Assembly (NCBI GenBank): GCA_012295275.1
Contig: CM022665.1
Location: 24,924,001-24,988,000, forward strand
From: Chrysomallon squamiferum
Taxonomy: Eukaryota > Animalia > Mollusca
Direction of reading: 5' to 3'
Length of the DNA stretch: 64,000 nucleotides
Part shown: in pieces, positions 28,857-40,763 of the stretch
Position numbering within the stretch: position 1 is the stretch's first letter
Layout: each line of letters starts with the position of its first letter
Notes under the pieces: model-generated
What the model saw: only the letters and a program-made list of their open reading frames with translations
Told to the model about the DNA's origin: nothing
The model's database searches: none
Made by a program: the position numbers and the translations under genes

Positions 28857-31800
28857 TTGTGTATATGTATATACATGTATGTGTGTGTATGTGTTTGTGT
28901 CTTGTGTGTGTGTGTCTGTGTGTAAAGTCAGTCCAAATGGAAACCATACTTTCATATATTGATACAATTTTATTCCATTTTATATTAGCTAATGATGTTA
29001 TTTTACACTCTTAAGAGTTTTTTTGTTTAATGTCTGTCAAGGTGCCATGTGCCAAAATATTTCTGACCTAAAATAACATCTGTTCTTCATTACTACCTGT
29101 GTTATACAGGTGTTTATCTACATCTGTATACATAAATATGTCACAAGTCCATGCACAGTAACATTTATAAATATGTCATGCCTTCCTGTACACTGAAACC
29201 CAAACATACATCAGTTATACATATACACCTATGTATGCATATATGCATGTGTGCACAAACACATTAAATACATACATACACAAACACATAAGCACACATA
29301 CACACACATGCACAAACATGCACACACACTCACACACATATATGCACACACACATATGCTCATGAACACACACATTTACAATACATGGAGAAAATAAACT
29401 GGCACATTCCCATGCATAAGCAAATTTAATCATTGCTTGTAATGAACAACAGAAACTGAAGTATTATTGTATTTAGACATAGCATATCAAGTAATTAGTG
29501 ATAGTAAGTAAACATAAGTACTGTTTGTTTCCACAGACGATGTCGAATGGAGGGTGATTTACGCAAACGACCTGACGGGCCAAGTGAAATTACTTACTCC
29601 ATGTTGTTGGATTCAGGAGGTATTGAGAATGGAATCATAACACCAGCAGACATGTTATCATTTGCACGCCAAGTTTCTATGGCAATGGTAAGTTGATGAT
29701 CTATTTGAAGGGATATTATTTCTTGTTCTTTTTCATATTGTTTTTTTTTTTTAATTTTTTTTTAATTTTAAAGTGTGAATCAGCAAATAACTGTACTACA
29801 AGAAAGATATTTTTGTTGAATTTTGAAATATTTCTATACATATCCCAAAATCACAAGCAAAAAAGAAACAACAGATAAGCCCCTTTAAAACCAATATGAA
29901 AGTCAAATAATAAATAAGTTAAAAAAAAAAAAAAAAAAAAATAATCCCTTTAAAATTGGTAATAAAACCAAATAATAAATAAATATATAAATAAGGAAAC
30001 AAGTAAAGAATGAAGAAAAACAACTTCAAATAAAACAGACTCTATCTGGTAATTAAAGGTATTTTCTGGAAAAAAAGCAACAAAAATAAATCATTAACAT
30101 AAGCTATGTTCAAAATATTACATTCAAACATTGTTATGTTTCAAGCAGTAAAAACAAAGTGACTAACAAATCATTTCAGTTATTGCCCCTGACATTAACT
30201 CTCTTTAAATATCACATAAAATAACATATTAACATAAGACACTGACATTTATAAATTGACAGGGACTTTCTTGTTTTTAGTTAAAATATTTTTTTGGAAA
30301 CAATAATAATTAACATTCAACAAAAGCCATTAAAAAAAAACCTGACATATATGTTATTACTAATAATTAGAATTGTTTCAGATATTTATTTTTCACTCCT
30401 GATGCATCAGAACTGTTTTTCTAACCAAAGAAATGCATTCTTGCATAACAAATATTATTTACTTTTTCCTTCAAAAATTGCTCTTTAGCTGTTTGGAGTT
30501 AACAAAATGGGCAATGAAACAGCTGCTAAAATCTTGAAGTTTCTGGTGTGAGAGAGAAAGAGAGAGAGAGAGAGGGAAAAAAAATATATTACTAGAGTTA
30601 TTTGCTAGACGTTTGTGCCAACATAAATAAGGGATTCTGTGTTAAGATGGGTCTGCCAGTGTTACTGTGGATGTAAAACAAGATGTATGTTTAGTTACCT
30701 GCGTGAGCATGCAGTTCTCGTGTTTTCGTTGTGTAGGCTTAAAGAGTGTTGTAGAATGTTTTGTTGTACGTAAGACAATAGGTGAATAATGGTGTGGAAT
30801 TCCTCAACTGTTAGTGATTTGTCTTTTCACCTTTTTAGGAAAAATGTGAAGAGATTATCAAGCATTATAATTTTTTCTTTTTCAGAGTTGGAAAAATATT
30901 ATTTTTTTTTTTTATGTTTTTAAGTGTGAAATGTTTGTTGTAGCTGTTTATGTTTTAATTTATTTTAATGATAGAAGAGGAATTTTAATTAATTAATTAA
31001 TTAATTTTATTTTGTTTTATTTTATTTCTTCTTACTGTTAGTAGTATTATAAAATCTGGTTATGGCAGTATGTATATTTGAAAAACAAACAAACAAAAAA
31101 CCCCACCTAAATGCTAATCTTTGACAGGACAATGCATACATATACAGTGATAATATATAAACCAATTATCACAAATTTTTTATTTGAGTTTTTTCTTCTT
31201 ATTCTAATTATTAGTAGTATTATTATAATAATACATACATACATGCATACATACATACATACATACATACATACATACATACATACATACATAATATGAA
31301 GCTTGAGGCAATATGCACTTGTTGGTGTGGACACCATATGCTACAAGACTTGAATCTACATCTGTATGATGCCAGAGTAAACATTTGTGTTTATTTTACC
31401 ACCAATCCAAAATATGCAGTTTTAGCACAATTGCAGGGATTCCAAGCATATATACATATTTGTGTACATGTGTATAAATTCCAGATTAATATACAGAGAA
31501 AAAAAAAAACTTGGCATCTATAGAAGAATCGGTGATAAAACCAAATCTGTCTAATTCTGGAAAGTCAGTGATAAAAACAGAGGAACAAAGCTAATATTTA
31601 AAGCGAACCTTTTGTGATACAAACAGTCCAAACACATTTTGCATTCTATCCTGTCACAGTTTTAATTATTTTTGTCAACCTTTCTTAGCTAATATCCACA
31701 ATTGACAGTAAAAAGAGTATTGTTAGTAAAAATATTATTAGCAGTTTTTTTGATGTCATCAAACTGGTTGTGGCTAGATTACCAGCTCAAGTTTCTTTAA

Positions 31801-32656
31801 TATTGTCACAAATTTTTTTTTTTTTTTTTTGGGGGGTAAATATGTGACATAAAAACATTCAAGTATGTCTGAAGTATGACCCACAATGATTTGATTACAC
31901 AAATTGGTAATAAAATAGTAATTGTTTGCCTTAATACAGACACAAATTCACATTTTCATTCCATGAGCCATTTTTGCCACTGAACTGTAAGAAATATATT
32001 TTTAAGTATCATCCAAAAGATGAAAAAAGAAAGAAATTCTATTTCCCATTGAGAAAAACATGTTAACAACTAACATCATTTTACTAATTCCCTGTTAATG
32101 AAATAGAGAAAGTGTTTAACACAGTTTTTGATCCACTATTTATGAAGCACTAACTAGAATGGTAATTGATTTAACTCAGCCACCATAAAGGACTGATCCT
32201 ATGACCACAATGCCTTGAGCAAGCACTCAACCACTATCCCACAAACCCAGCGTGGTTAATGTACAAATCCCAATAAGCCAGAAAGTGCTGTTTTTAAGAA
32301 AGCCCAGACTAAATGTATTGATCCAAGAGATCTTACCTTTTTGCTCACCTTGACAGTTTCAAAAGCTTCGTTTCTGATTGAGTTTGCTAAGTTGAGCTCT
32401 TGAAGTAATGTGGAATGGCACACGTAGCAAGTAATTTGTAACGTTTGGATCACACACGAGTCAAGGGCTGTGTTACAGTTACATAAAGAACAAAATTAAT
32501 TAACAAGGCCTCAGGTTTTGTTTTGGGTTATTTATCACTTGGGTGGTACTGAAAATGGAATTTTTTTGAGGTCATTATGATGGCTTTAGTTACGGTATCA
32601 TACTGATTTCTGTTTCATCAGACTTAATTTTATTTGTTGTATGAGAGTGCATGGTG

Positions 32657-32701
<45 letters not shown>

Positions 32702-33332
32702 GTGTGTGTGTGTGTGTGTAAATAAATATGTTTTGGGGAATTTATGTGTGAACAAGATATTTTTGTGAATATATATAATTTTTGTGTATGTTTGTACATA
32801 GATGCACATATATGTATGTCTTATCTACATGTATGAGCATGATTGTAGTGTGTGTGTGTGTGTGTGTGAGTGCATGTGAGTGCATGTGAGTGCATGTACA
32901 TGTACATGTGTTTTTTATCTTCCTAAATTCCTGCTTTACAGGCCAGATTTCTTACAACCCATAGAATCAGCCGAACATCATAATCTTCAGACAACAGACA
33001 AATTAAACAAGACAGCTTATCTTAGCTCAAAATCAAACTGGTGTTTCATCTTATCATACATTTCATCCAGCACATCAAACATATGTTTCAGCACATGACA
33101 ACCTACATAGATTTCTTTACTACACTTCAAATATGTAAATATGTTTTAAAGATCTGCAGTTTAGATGTTACTCCACTGATAAGTAAGATTTTGAACTCGG
33201 CAGATACCTCAGATAATCAACATATATTTCTATGCTAGAGTTCGTGTGTGTATGTGTGTGTGTACATCTATACACACATACAGAAATACATCCATACATA
33301 CATACATACATATATATGTGTCTGTGTGTATA

Positions 33333-33364
<32 letters not shown>

Positions 33365-33400
33365 CAGAGATAGATAGATAGATAGCAAGATATATATATA

Positions 33401-33465
<65 letters not shown>

Positions 33466-34568
33466 ATATATAAATATACATATAAATATACATATATACA
33501 TACATACATACATACATTCAGTTATATATAATGTATATACATGTAGATGTATGGATATTATTTTAAAATTTTAATGCACAGTACTAAGAGTCAGCCATTC
33601 ACTGATTAATAATTAACTCTGGAGTACAGATAGCTCTGGTAACCTATATAGATTTCTGAACTTGAAACGTTTGATTAATATTTTGTAATCATTTGTTTTT
33701 CCCTGAACTATATATACATATATATATTTTAAGTAGCTTAGCTAAGAGTCTGGTGATGATGATGATGACTGATGAATAAATGATACTTTGCACTTTCCAG
33801 GGTGAAGACTCGTGTGTTATCAGTCTTTGATCTAAATCTAAATCTTTTTGATCTGATGTTTTTAATAAATCAGTAACCAAACACAAGATAAAACACTTGA
33901 CATGCAGAAACTTGGGAGGTAAGGATGTTGATAAAGAAATATCGAAAAAAAAAAGAAAAAAAAAAAATTAATTAATAAATTTTGAAAAAGAAATAGTAAT
34001 AATTAATTTTAAAAAATATGAACACAGTTTAAAAATTAATAGAAAAAGGAAAGAACTTTCAGCTGAAAATGAGCAAGTAAGAGCTTTTAATTAAAAATAA
34101 AACAGAAAGCTTTTCCTAAAAAATTTTAAAAGGTAAGGGCCTTTAATTAAAAATAGAAGAGTAAAGGTCTTTAATTAAATTTTAAAAAGTTAGGGTCTTT
34201 AATGAAATACAGAAATGTAGGGGTCTTTAATTAAAAATGGAAAAGTAAGTGTTTTGAATTAAAAAAAAAAAAAAACACATCAGAGATTAATATTAATTAC
34301 TAGTTAACAGTAAATCATGTGGGAATAGCCTGTAGTTAGACTGAAACATTGATAGGTTCCTGCTTAGTGTCAATTCAGAGTTACTTCCCATTGCATCAAA
34401 ACCCCTTTTTATTGGCTATGAATGATCAGTTGTTATAGTAAATGGTTTCTTTTCTTGTATTGTTAATATAAATAAAACACACTTAATGTCTAACAACAAA
34501 TGATATAAAATGTGTAGAAATGATTTCAGTCATTGATTAAATAGAACAGATGTTTTAACACAACAGTA

Positions 34569-34601
<33 letters not shown>

Positions 34602-34706
34602 GTAAAAGTAATAATAGTAAAAGTAATAATAATAATAATAATAATAGTAATAATGATAATAATACTAATAATAGTAAAAGTAATAATAATAATAATAATA
34701 ATAGTA

Positions 34707-34739
<33 letters not shown>

Positions 34740-35092
34740 TTTTAAAATTAAAAAATAAAATATTTGAGCTCACATAATACAGACAACATGTTGTTGTTAC
34801 TTTCATGTCTGAGTTTCTTCTCAGACACTTCAGCCATTTTGTACTTCTACTTTAAATGCTTGACTCGTGTAACTAAGTAGATTTCATATTACTGATTGAG
34901 AGAAGGATTAAAGCTTATTAGGAGAAGTGTTTACTTGAGATGTTAGAGCTTCCTGGATCCGGCTATTTCATTGAGTTTCTTACAATAGCTCACTGGAGTT
35001 GTTTAAAAGTTTTGTACAGGTTATTTTGAATTAGATGTGTGTGTTTGTTTGTTTGTTTGTTTGTTGTGTGTGTGTGTGTGTTTGTTTGTTTG

Positions 35093-35191
<99 letters not shown>

Positions 35192-38100
35192 AGAAAGTGA
35201 ATGAGTGAGTTAGTGTGTGTGTGTGTGAAGGAAAAGAATGAAATAAAAAAAAATCATATACATATCCTTGTGATACACTATCTTATTTGTATGTTTTAAA
35301 ATAATAATAATAATAATAATGCCATACTGTCTTACCAAACACATAAAACCTTTTAAGTATCTTTTTACATCATCTGTGTCAAACAAATAAATAAATAAGG
35401 AAACAAACAGAAACAACAGGAATTAAAAAGTATATACGTTTGGCACCAGTTTTTAAAGATTTATTTCTTCTTTCCTTGTTAAGGTTGTAAGAAACATTTG
35501 TACAAATTACAAATAGCAGATCATTTTGTAGTTAGAATGTTTTCTGGGTGACGTAGATGTCCCTGAAGAAAATTAATTGAGGCCAATAACCAGCAAGATA
35601 AAAACCTTGATATTCTCGTAGCTGTTTGGTATCTCAATTTCTCATTTACTTGAAAAATTGTGGTGCTAATTCTTTTAAATGAATTGCAGTGTTGATGCAG
35701 AATGTAACTGTAAACGTTTTCAGCTTTGTTTATCTTGGTGTTTTTTTGGTATTATTTTTACTTCATTGTACAAATAATCTTATACATTGGCATGCACATG
35801 CATACATAGCTTATACTGGATATAGATGGAAATAGATATATGTATAAATATGCATATATGAACCTAAATACATTTCAGATTATTATGTAGGCTATTGGAC
35901 TGAATTTTTTCATGTATTTAATAAATTCAAGTCAGAAGTGATAAAAATTAAATTGTGTCATGCTATAAAGTATTATTTTAAGAAAGAAATTAAAATGTTA
36001 CATCATAGTATTAATATCATTGTAACAGCATATTGAAAAAAATATATTTATTGAAAATTAATAAATAAATAAACTGCTAAAAAAAAAAAAATTAAAAAAA
36101 AGAATAAATAAAATTAATTAACATTTTAGTCGAAAGTTCAAACTTATGCATTGGTAATAATTTTAAAAAATATATATAAAAATTCCAGACATACTAACAG
36201 AAATAGCAGAAGTAAAACACATTTGCAATAAAAATAAAAATTATATATAAAAGCACTTACTGCACTTTCCACTCTGAGTTTAAAAACACTGTGAGATGAC
36301 ACATGATCAAGGATATTTCAATGTCTTTGCCAGGCTGTGGAAGGGTGAGGTTTGCAAAATCAACACAGAACATCATTTTCATGTGTTACAAAACCAAACA
36401 AAACAGTTTGTGATTGTGTTTATCTTGTTCAGTGAATCTGTTTCAAGAAAACATTCCGGGTCATTGGTTTCTAGTCTTCCATAGACTGGTAATGATATAT
36501 ATTTATTTTAAATAATTTTTGTTTATCTTGTATTTTAAGACCATCCGAGTATTTGATACTATTTGTCCTTCTTGCAAGGTGGTCATTGCACTGAAATATT
36601 AACATATGGATGTTATTTGATGTTTTTGATTATTAATGCTATTATCATCATTATTGATATTTATTTATTTATTTAATCATTTATCTGTCTGTTTATCCAT
36701 CCATCCATCCATCCATCCATCTATTCATCTATCCAACCAAACATACATCCACCCAGCCATACATTCATGCATGCATACATCCATACATCCATACATACAT
36801 ACATGCATGCATACATACATACACACACACATACATACATCTATCTATCCATCCATCCATCCATCCATCCATCCATCCATCCATCCATACATACATACAT
36901 CCATGCTTGTGTTTATTATTAATGAAAGTAAATGATGCTAAAATTAAAACATATGTTGTTATTTGTAATAATCTGTTTGGCAGGCCAGTCTTTCTGTTTT
37001 AATCATTTTTAAATTGCCAAGTTTTTTGGACTTGGAGTGATAATACATTTTTGGTTTAGTTATTTAATTATTGCTTTATAATGAAAGTTGGCTCATAATA
37101 ATTTATTTATTTTTATGAAATTGTTTTTATAGCATGTTCCTAATGAGAGAGAGAGATAGAGAGATAGAGAGAGAGAGAGACAGAGAGAGAGAGAGAGTGT
37201 GTGTTTGTGTGTGTGTGTAATTATTAATGCAACAGCCATATATATATATATTTATATATATATATATATATGAAAATGTTATAATAGTGTTTTCCTAATG
37301 AAACAGAGAGAAAGATTGATGGATAATCCAGCAGTAATAATTATTAATCCAACAGCCAATAAATACATTGTGTATGTGTGTGTTTTTGTGTGTGTGTGTG
37401 TGTGTGTGTTCCTTAATGACAACAACAAAAATAATCATTTTAAATTTTCTTTCTTGTTAAACACACACAAAGATATCTTTCCCAGTTACAAAACCAATGC
37501 AGCTATCTCTGTGGGAGTGTACCTGGTCTGTTGAATTTTGTCAACAAGTAATTGACAGAGACATAAATTTCAACTTCACCAGCTGTTACAACCATCAATA
37601 TATACAAACAAAAAATACACAAACTTAAAATATATCTGGTTATTACTTCAACTTCTGTGGTCACACCAGGCGTAAATATACAAAAACATTATAAAGCAAG
37701 CAGGATTCATGTTTATGATGTAAACATTTTGAGTAGTAATTGCATTATGATTGCTGTTACATATTTTGTTTTACTTTCTTAACCAAAAAACGTTTTTGTT
37801 TCTAAAAACATTCAGATAACAAAGAATAGCTCTGGTTTCTTTTTTTTTTTTTTTTTTTTTTTTTTGTATCTTCAAGTTTACAGTTTTGTATTTTGGTGCT
37901 GAAGTTTTGGTTTGTATTGTTTTTGTAGGAGTTTAGAAAAGGAAGGAATGGTTGGTTTTTTATTTTTTATTTTAACTTACTTAATTACTTTATTTATTTT
38001 TAATTTTTTATATTTTTTTATATTTTTTTATATTTTTAATTTTTTAATTTTGTTGTTGTTTTGGGGGATGGTTTTGAAGAAAGATTCAGTACATTAATTT

Positions 38101-38729
38101 TCATTGTCCAGCATATCTGGTTGGCTATTATGGAAAGTGTTGAAAATTATTATCTTGGGGTTTTAGCATGGGTATATGTGGATAAATTCAAGAAAAAAAT
38201 ACACAAACATACAATGATGGAACTCACATACATACACACACAAAGCAAATGCTAAAACAAGTTTTATTTTCCAAAGAATGAAGCAGAAATTTCATAATTT
38301 TGCCACTGTTATATTCATAATCCATATTCTTATTGTCATCATCCACATGTATGTATGTATGTATCTGTCACGTCTACATCTTAATAATGAACAATTTTCT
38401 TGTTTCAGCAATACCTTGCAGAAAAGAGATATGTTCATAGAGATCTTGCTGCCAGAAATGTTCTTCTGGACTGTAACAAAGTGGTCAAGGTGTGTGATTT
38501 CGGCCTATCACGAGACATCTACAATGACAATGAATACAAGAAACTGACCAATGGCAAGCTGCCTCTCAAATGGATGGCGATAGAGTCACTGCGGGATCGA
38601 GTGTTCACAACTCAGACAGACGTCTGGTCGTTTGGAATTCTCTTGTGGGAAATAGTCACAATGGGTAAATTTTAAAGACTAAATTACATATATTTGGTTA
38701 AATTATATCTATACCTCTTTCTTCACCAT

Positions 38730-38766
<37 letters not shown>

Positions 38767-39213
38767 ACAGACACACAAAAACACATATATATACACATAT
38801 ACATTTTGTCTTAGTATTTATTATAATTTTTTTTAAATATTTTCCTTGAAACTAAGAATATGAATGTAAATGTGTCATTTTTCCTTTTGTGTGCTTGTAT
38901 ATGTCTTTATATTTTGAATGCATGTTTGTGTCAGTTCTTAATAATAATTTACTACAATTTGACCGCTACTGTTTCTTGTTGTTGTTATGTATCAGATTAT
39001 TATTATTATTATTTTTCTTTTTTTCAGGTGCATCTCCATACCCTAACATAGCTCTTGCAGATCTGTACTATGTACTTATCAATGGTTACAGAATGGATAA
39101 ACCATCCAACTGTTCAGATGAACTGTAAGTACTAAATAGCATATATAGATTTATTTATAATGATATACATACTTTCAGTCATACGGTTAAAATTATTATT
39201 GTCATTTTTTTTG

Positions 39214-39267
<54 letters not shown>

Positions 39268-39755
39268 CTGTCATCATCATCATCATCATCATTGTCATTA
39301 TCATCATTAAATTGTTCTTGTAATGTACAGCTTTTAAATACACTATCTGTTTGTTTTGTTTTTTCTTCAGTTTATTGAATTGTTCATGAATGTATTTTAG
39401 GATTATTGTATATATATATTTTTGTTTCTCTAATAGGTACTACATCATGAGGAAATGCTGGGAAGAACGTCCACAGGATCGCCCATGCTTCACACAGCTG
39501 CGGCTGATGGTGGAGGAACTGCTCACACAGGACCGAGATTATCTTGTTCTGGAAAACATCGACGCTCCACTCAACACTTCAGAAAACAGCAGCATCCCTG
39601 TGACTGACTCCAGCAGCCACTCGGGTGTGTCCAGTGGACTGGTGGCAGCTGCAGCTCAAGCGAACAGAGATTCACTCAGGTTCAATGTTTGTGTTCACGG
39701 GAAGTCAACGGACAGGTTGTTGTTGAGGAGAAGTGAAAGTGATTCCAGTCCTTAG
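7325..39755 (+). CDS. Receptor tyrosine kinase, Torso-like architecture (Cys-rich module + ~3 FN3-like + TM + RET/FGFR-type kinase); 17 coding exons, 5'-partial
   Basis: Exons 7325-7387, 8007-8081, 8532-8580, 9789-9973, 13538-13676, 13853-14154, 14726-14909, 15258-15287, 16200-16471, 17091-17223, 20367-20540, 21739-21900, 26700-26868, 29537-29687, 38409-38664, 39028-39124, 39437-39755 all have AG/GT boundaries and join in one open frame (2760 nt, 919 aa + stop). Kinase motifs [31 protein letters not shown] and DVWSFG are present. RTK identity is secure; the Torso subfamily is inference. Confidence 0.92.
7777..7921. repeat. (CA)n/(CT)n compound microsatellite
   Basis: Directly visible. Confidence 0.95.
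8007..8081 (+). CDS. RTK exon, Cys-rich module ([25 protein letters not shown])
   Basis: ttttcttttcag| ... |gtaagt; 75 nt, phase 0-0. Confidence 0.8.
8532..8580 (+). CDS. RTK exon, end of Cys-rich module ([16 protein letters not shown])
   Basis: ttttattacag| ... CAG|gtaaat; 49 nt, phase 0-1; GCxxAC motif. Confidence 0.82.
9789..9973 (+). CDS. RTK exon, FN3-like repeat 1, first half (VNKSEVTW...ITW...WFNLGQ)
   Basis: gacag| ... CAG|gtaaag; 185 nt, phase 1-0. Confidence 0.85.
10680..11015. repeat. Degenerate ~80-105-bp tandem repeat, 4 copies
   Basis: Recurrent ttaattta(t/c)tct...ttttat(a/c)aa...tttgc(t/a)gaaata(c/t)aa(t/c)g. Confidence 0.75.
13538..13676 (+). CDS. RTK exon, FN3-like repeat 1, second half (FVSTKMSI...[10 protein letters not shown]...)
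   Basis: cttttccag| ... |gtaagt; 139 nt, phase 0-1; AVxxxG F-strand motif. Confidence 0.85.
13853..14154 (+). CDS. RTK exon, FN3-like repeat 2, first half (GPMNITV...VKWQHP...YDINW...)
   Basis: catcttttag| ... |gtgagt; 302 nt, phase 1-0. Confidence 0.88.
14726..14909 (+). CDS. RTK exon, FN3-like repeat 2, second half ([14 protein letters not shown]...FKTPKC...TTC)
   Basis: ttgttgcag| ... G|gtgagt; 184 nt, phase 0-1; LxxxxxY tyrosine-corner motif. Confidence 0.88.
15258..15287 (+). CDS. RTK 30-nt symmetric microexon ([10 protein letters not shown])
   Basis: ctttttcag|AAG ... G|gtaagt; phase 1-1, strong sites at both ends, no stop. Confidence 0.7.
16200..16471 (+). CDS. RTK exon, FN3-like repeat 3, first part (FNITWSTP...YRVRW...[10 protein letters not shown])
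   Basis: long poly-T tract tag| ... |gtgagt; 272 nt, phase 1-0. Confidence 0.88.
17091..17223 (+). CDS. RTK exon, end of FN3-like repeat 3 and Ser/Thr-rich stalk (VEAYFRSN...IRQQE)
   Basis: cattttag| ... |gtaagt; 133 nt, phase 0-1. Confidence 0.85.
17815..18439. repeat. ~60-bp minisatellite, 10 full copies + partial
   Basis: Unit TTTGTAAATCATTTACAGTTAACC(T)8-14AATGTTTATATTCTAGTGTACTTTTAA; units identical except for T-run length. Confidence 0.97.
20367..20540 (+). CDS. RTK transmembrane exon ([27 protein letters not shown])
   Basis: gttgttttag| ... GAG|gtaagg; 174 nt, phase 1-1; 23-residue hydrophobic run followed by a basic stop-transfer cluster. Confidence 0.9.
20999..21215 (+). mobile_element. 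Two adjacent decayed SINE-like core fragments
   Basis: Shared pattern (c/t)agcc(a/t)g...actg...a...gctct(g/a)gtatgtg...ctg at ~20999 and ~21137; similar segments at ~27702, ~53658 and (reverse) ~57967 and ~32085. Confidence 0.45.
21436..21487 (+). mobile_element. Decayed Tigger/pogo-like subterminal fragment
   Basis: CAAAATCCAAAAAAGTCTGAAATCTGAAACACTTCTGGTACCAGG resembles, from memory, the 3' subterminal region of Tigger4/MER46-type elements; not database-verified. Confidence 0.45.
21739..21900 (+). CDS. RTK exon, juxtamembrane and kinase subdomains I-II (DEWE...LGQGAFGKV...VAIKLVK)
   Basis: CAGCAG tandem acceptor (21739 or 21742); AAG|gtgagt; Gly-rich loop and catalytic Lys. Confidence 0.95.
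22392..22700. repeat. Purine-rich ~45-bp minisatellite
   Basis: Unit ATGAATGATAATGAAAGAAAAGTGAAGAGAAGGTAAGAAAGAAAG, about 7 variably truncated copies. Confidence 0.9.
26700..26868 (+). CDS. RTK exon, kinase subdomains III-V ([22 protein letters not shown]...GNLQAFLK)
   Basis: tttttcag|AAG ... |gtaagt; 169 nt, phase 1-2. Confidence 0.95.
26869..27420. repeat. Degenerate ~40-50-bp tandem repeat
   Basis: Recurrent aaacttaaatacacatgtcc(c/t)tatatactgct core; further copies at ~27770-27905. Confidence 0.8.
27680..27735 (+). mobile_element. SINE-like core fragment
   Basis: ttgggctctctccctgtccagccagtactccaaaactggggtatcaaa aligns by eye with the 20999/21137 copies. Confidence 0.45.
28021..28130. 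repeat. (AAT)n/(GAT)n microsatellite
   Basis: Directly visible. Confidence 0.95.
29537..29687 (+). CDS. RTK exon, kinase insert and helix E (RCRMEGD...[13 protein letters not shown])
   Basis: tttccacag| ... ATG|gtaagt; 151 nt, phase 2-0; bridges the frames of the flanking kinase exons; absent from the ORF track. Confidence 0.93.
32085..32240 (-). mobile_element. Decayed SINE-like copy (head + core), reverse orientation
   Basis: Degenerate reverse-complement similarity to the same family; recognition partly from memory of molluscan tRNA-derived SINEs. Confidence 0.35.
33244..33515. repeat. (TA)n/(TG)n/(CATA)n compound microsatellite
   Basis: Directly visible. Confidence 0.9.
34075..34265. 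repeat. Degenerate ~29-bp tandem repeat
   Basis: Recurrent aagtaaggg(t/c)ctttaattaaaaata, about 6-7 copies. Confidence 0.7.
35036..35186. repeat. (GT)n/(GTTT)n/(GA)n compound microsatellite
   Basis: Directly visible. Confidence 0.95.
38409..38664 (+). CDS. RTK exon, catalytic and activation loops ([27 protein letters not shown])
   Basis: tgtttcag| ... G|gtaaat; 256 nt, phase 0-1. Confidence 0.97.
39028..39124 (+). CDS. RTK exon, kinase subdomain X (GASPYPNI...[14 protein letters not shown])
   Basis: tttttcag| ... |gtaagt; 97 nt, phase 1-2. Confidence 0.95.
39437..39755 (+). CDS. RTK last coding exon, subdomain XI and C-tail ([12 protein letters not shown]...DYLVL...SDSSP*)
   Basis: ctctaatag|; phase 2; TAG stop at 39753-39755. 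Confidence 0.95.
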
Positions 39756-39814
39756 TTTGTTTGTATGTGTGATGACGTGATGAAGAGTTGGTCGGAATGG
39801 GACAAAAATAGACA

Positions 39815-40334
39815 GTCTGAATTGGTTACAGTATGGTCAGAATAACTGTGTTTTATGACTTGGTTACGTTATGGCCAAACTAATGAATGATTCAATATTT
39901 GTGTTGTCTGACTAGTGGCCAAAAGAACTGATATTCAGTATCTGTGTTGTATGAATTGGTTACAAGATGAAACTGATGATTCATTTTGAATAATAATTAT
40001 TCATTATCTCCTATATGATTTGGTTACGACTGTTGTCTGAATAATTAATCAAATATGAACTGAATTCAGAATGAACAACTAATGATTCAATTATCTATGT
40101 TGTATGAATTGGTTACAAAATGAAACTGATTTAACTAATGATTCAGTTATCTGTGTTGTATGAATTGGTTACAAAATGAAACTGATTCAACCAGAGTAAC
40201 TAATGATTCAATTATCTATGTTGTATGAATTGGTTACAAAATGAAACTGATTCAACCAGAGTAACTAATGATTCAATTATCTATGTTGTATGAATTGGTT
40301 ACAAAATGAAACTGATTCAACCAGAGTAACTAGT
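39815..40334. repeat. 3' UTR tandem repeat, 65-bp unit with decayed upstream copies
   Basis: AACTAATGATTCAATTATCTATGTTGTATGAATTGGTTACAAAATGAAACTGATTCAACCAGAGT with period 65 at 40133/40198/40263; core TGA(A/C/T)TTGGTTAC occurs 8 times from 39818. Confidence 0.92.
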
Positions 40335-40763
40335 GGTGCATCACCATCATTGTATCAGTTGGTTGCTTGAATAGCTTTTGAATAATATTTGCTACACATA
40401 TAATCAAATTTGACTGTCTCTTTTGATATACTGGTTAGTTTCCAGTATAAAAGTATCTAATCTTTTATAATGTTTTGTCTGGACAAGCAATAATCACAAG
40501 TTGTACCTGTGATCAGTGGAACTATTCATCATTTCAGCTGGATAATTTAACACTGAGAGAATTTTGCGTTTTATTCAGAATAAACAACAGTGAGCCATTG
40601 TGACTATTTCTTCATCTCTGTGTGACCAAAAACTGAAAAAAACAACCAGAATTTGAATTCCTTCATTGAGAATAATGTGAATTGTGAAACTCTTTGAAGT
40701 GATTGTGGTCTCTGAACTTATTACTGAAACTATTTGAATCAGAGACAAGACTGTCTGATTAGT

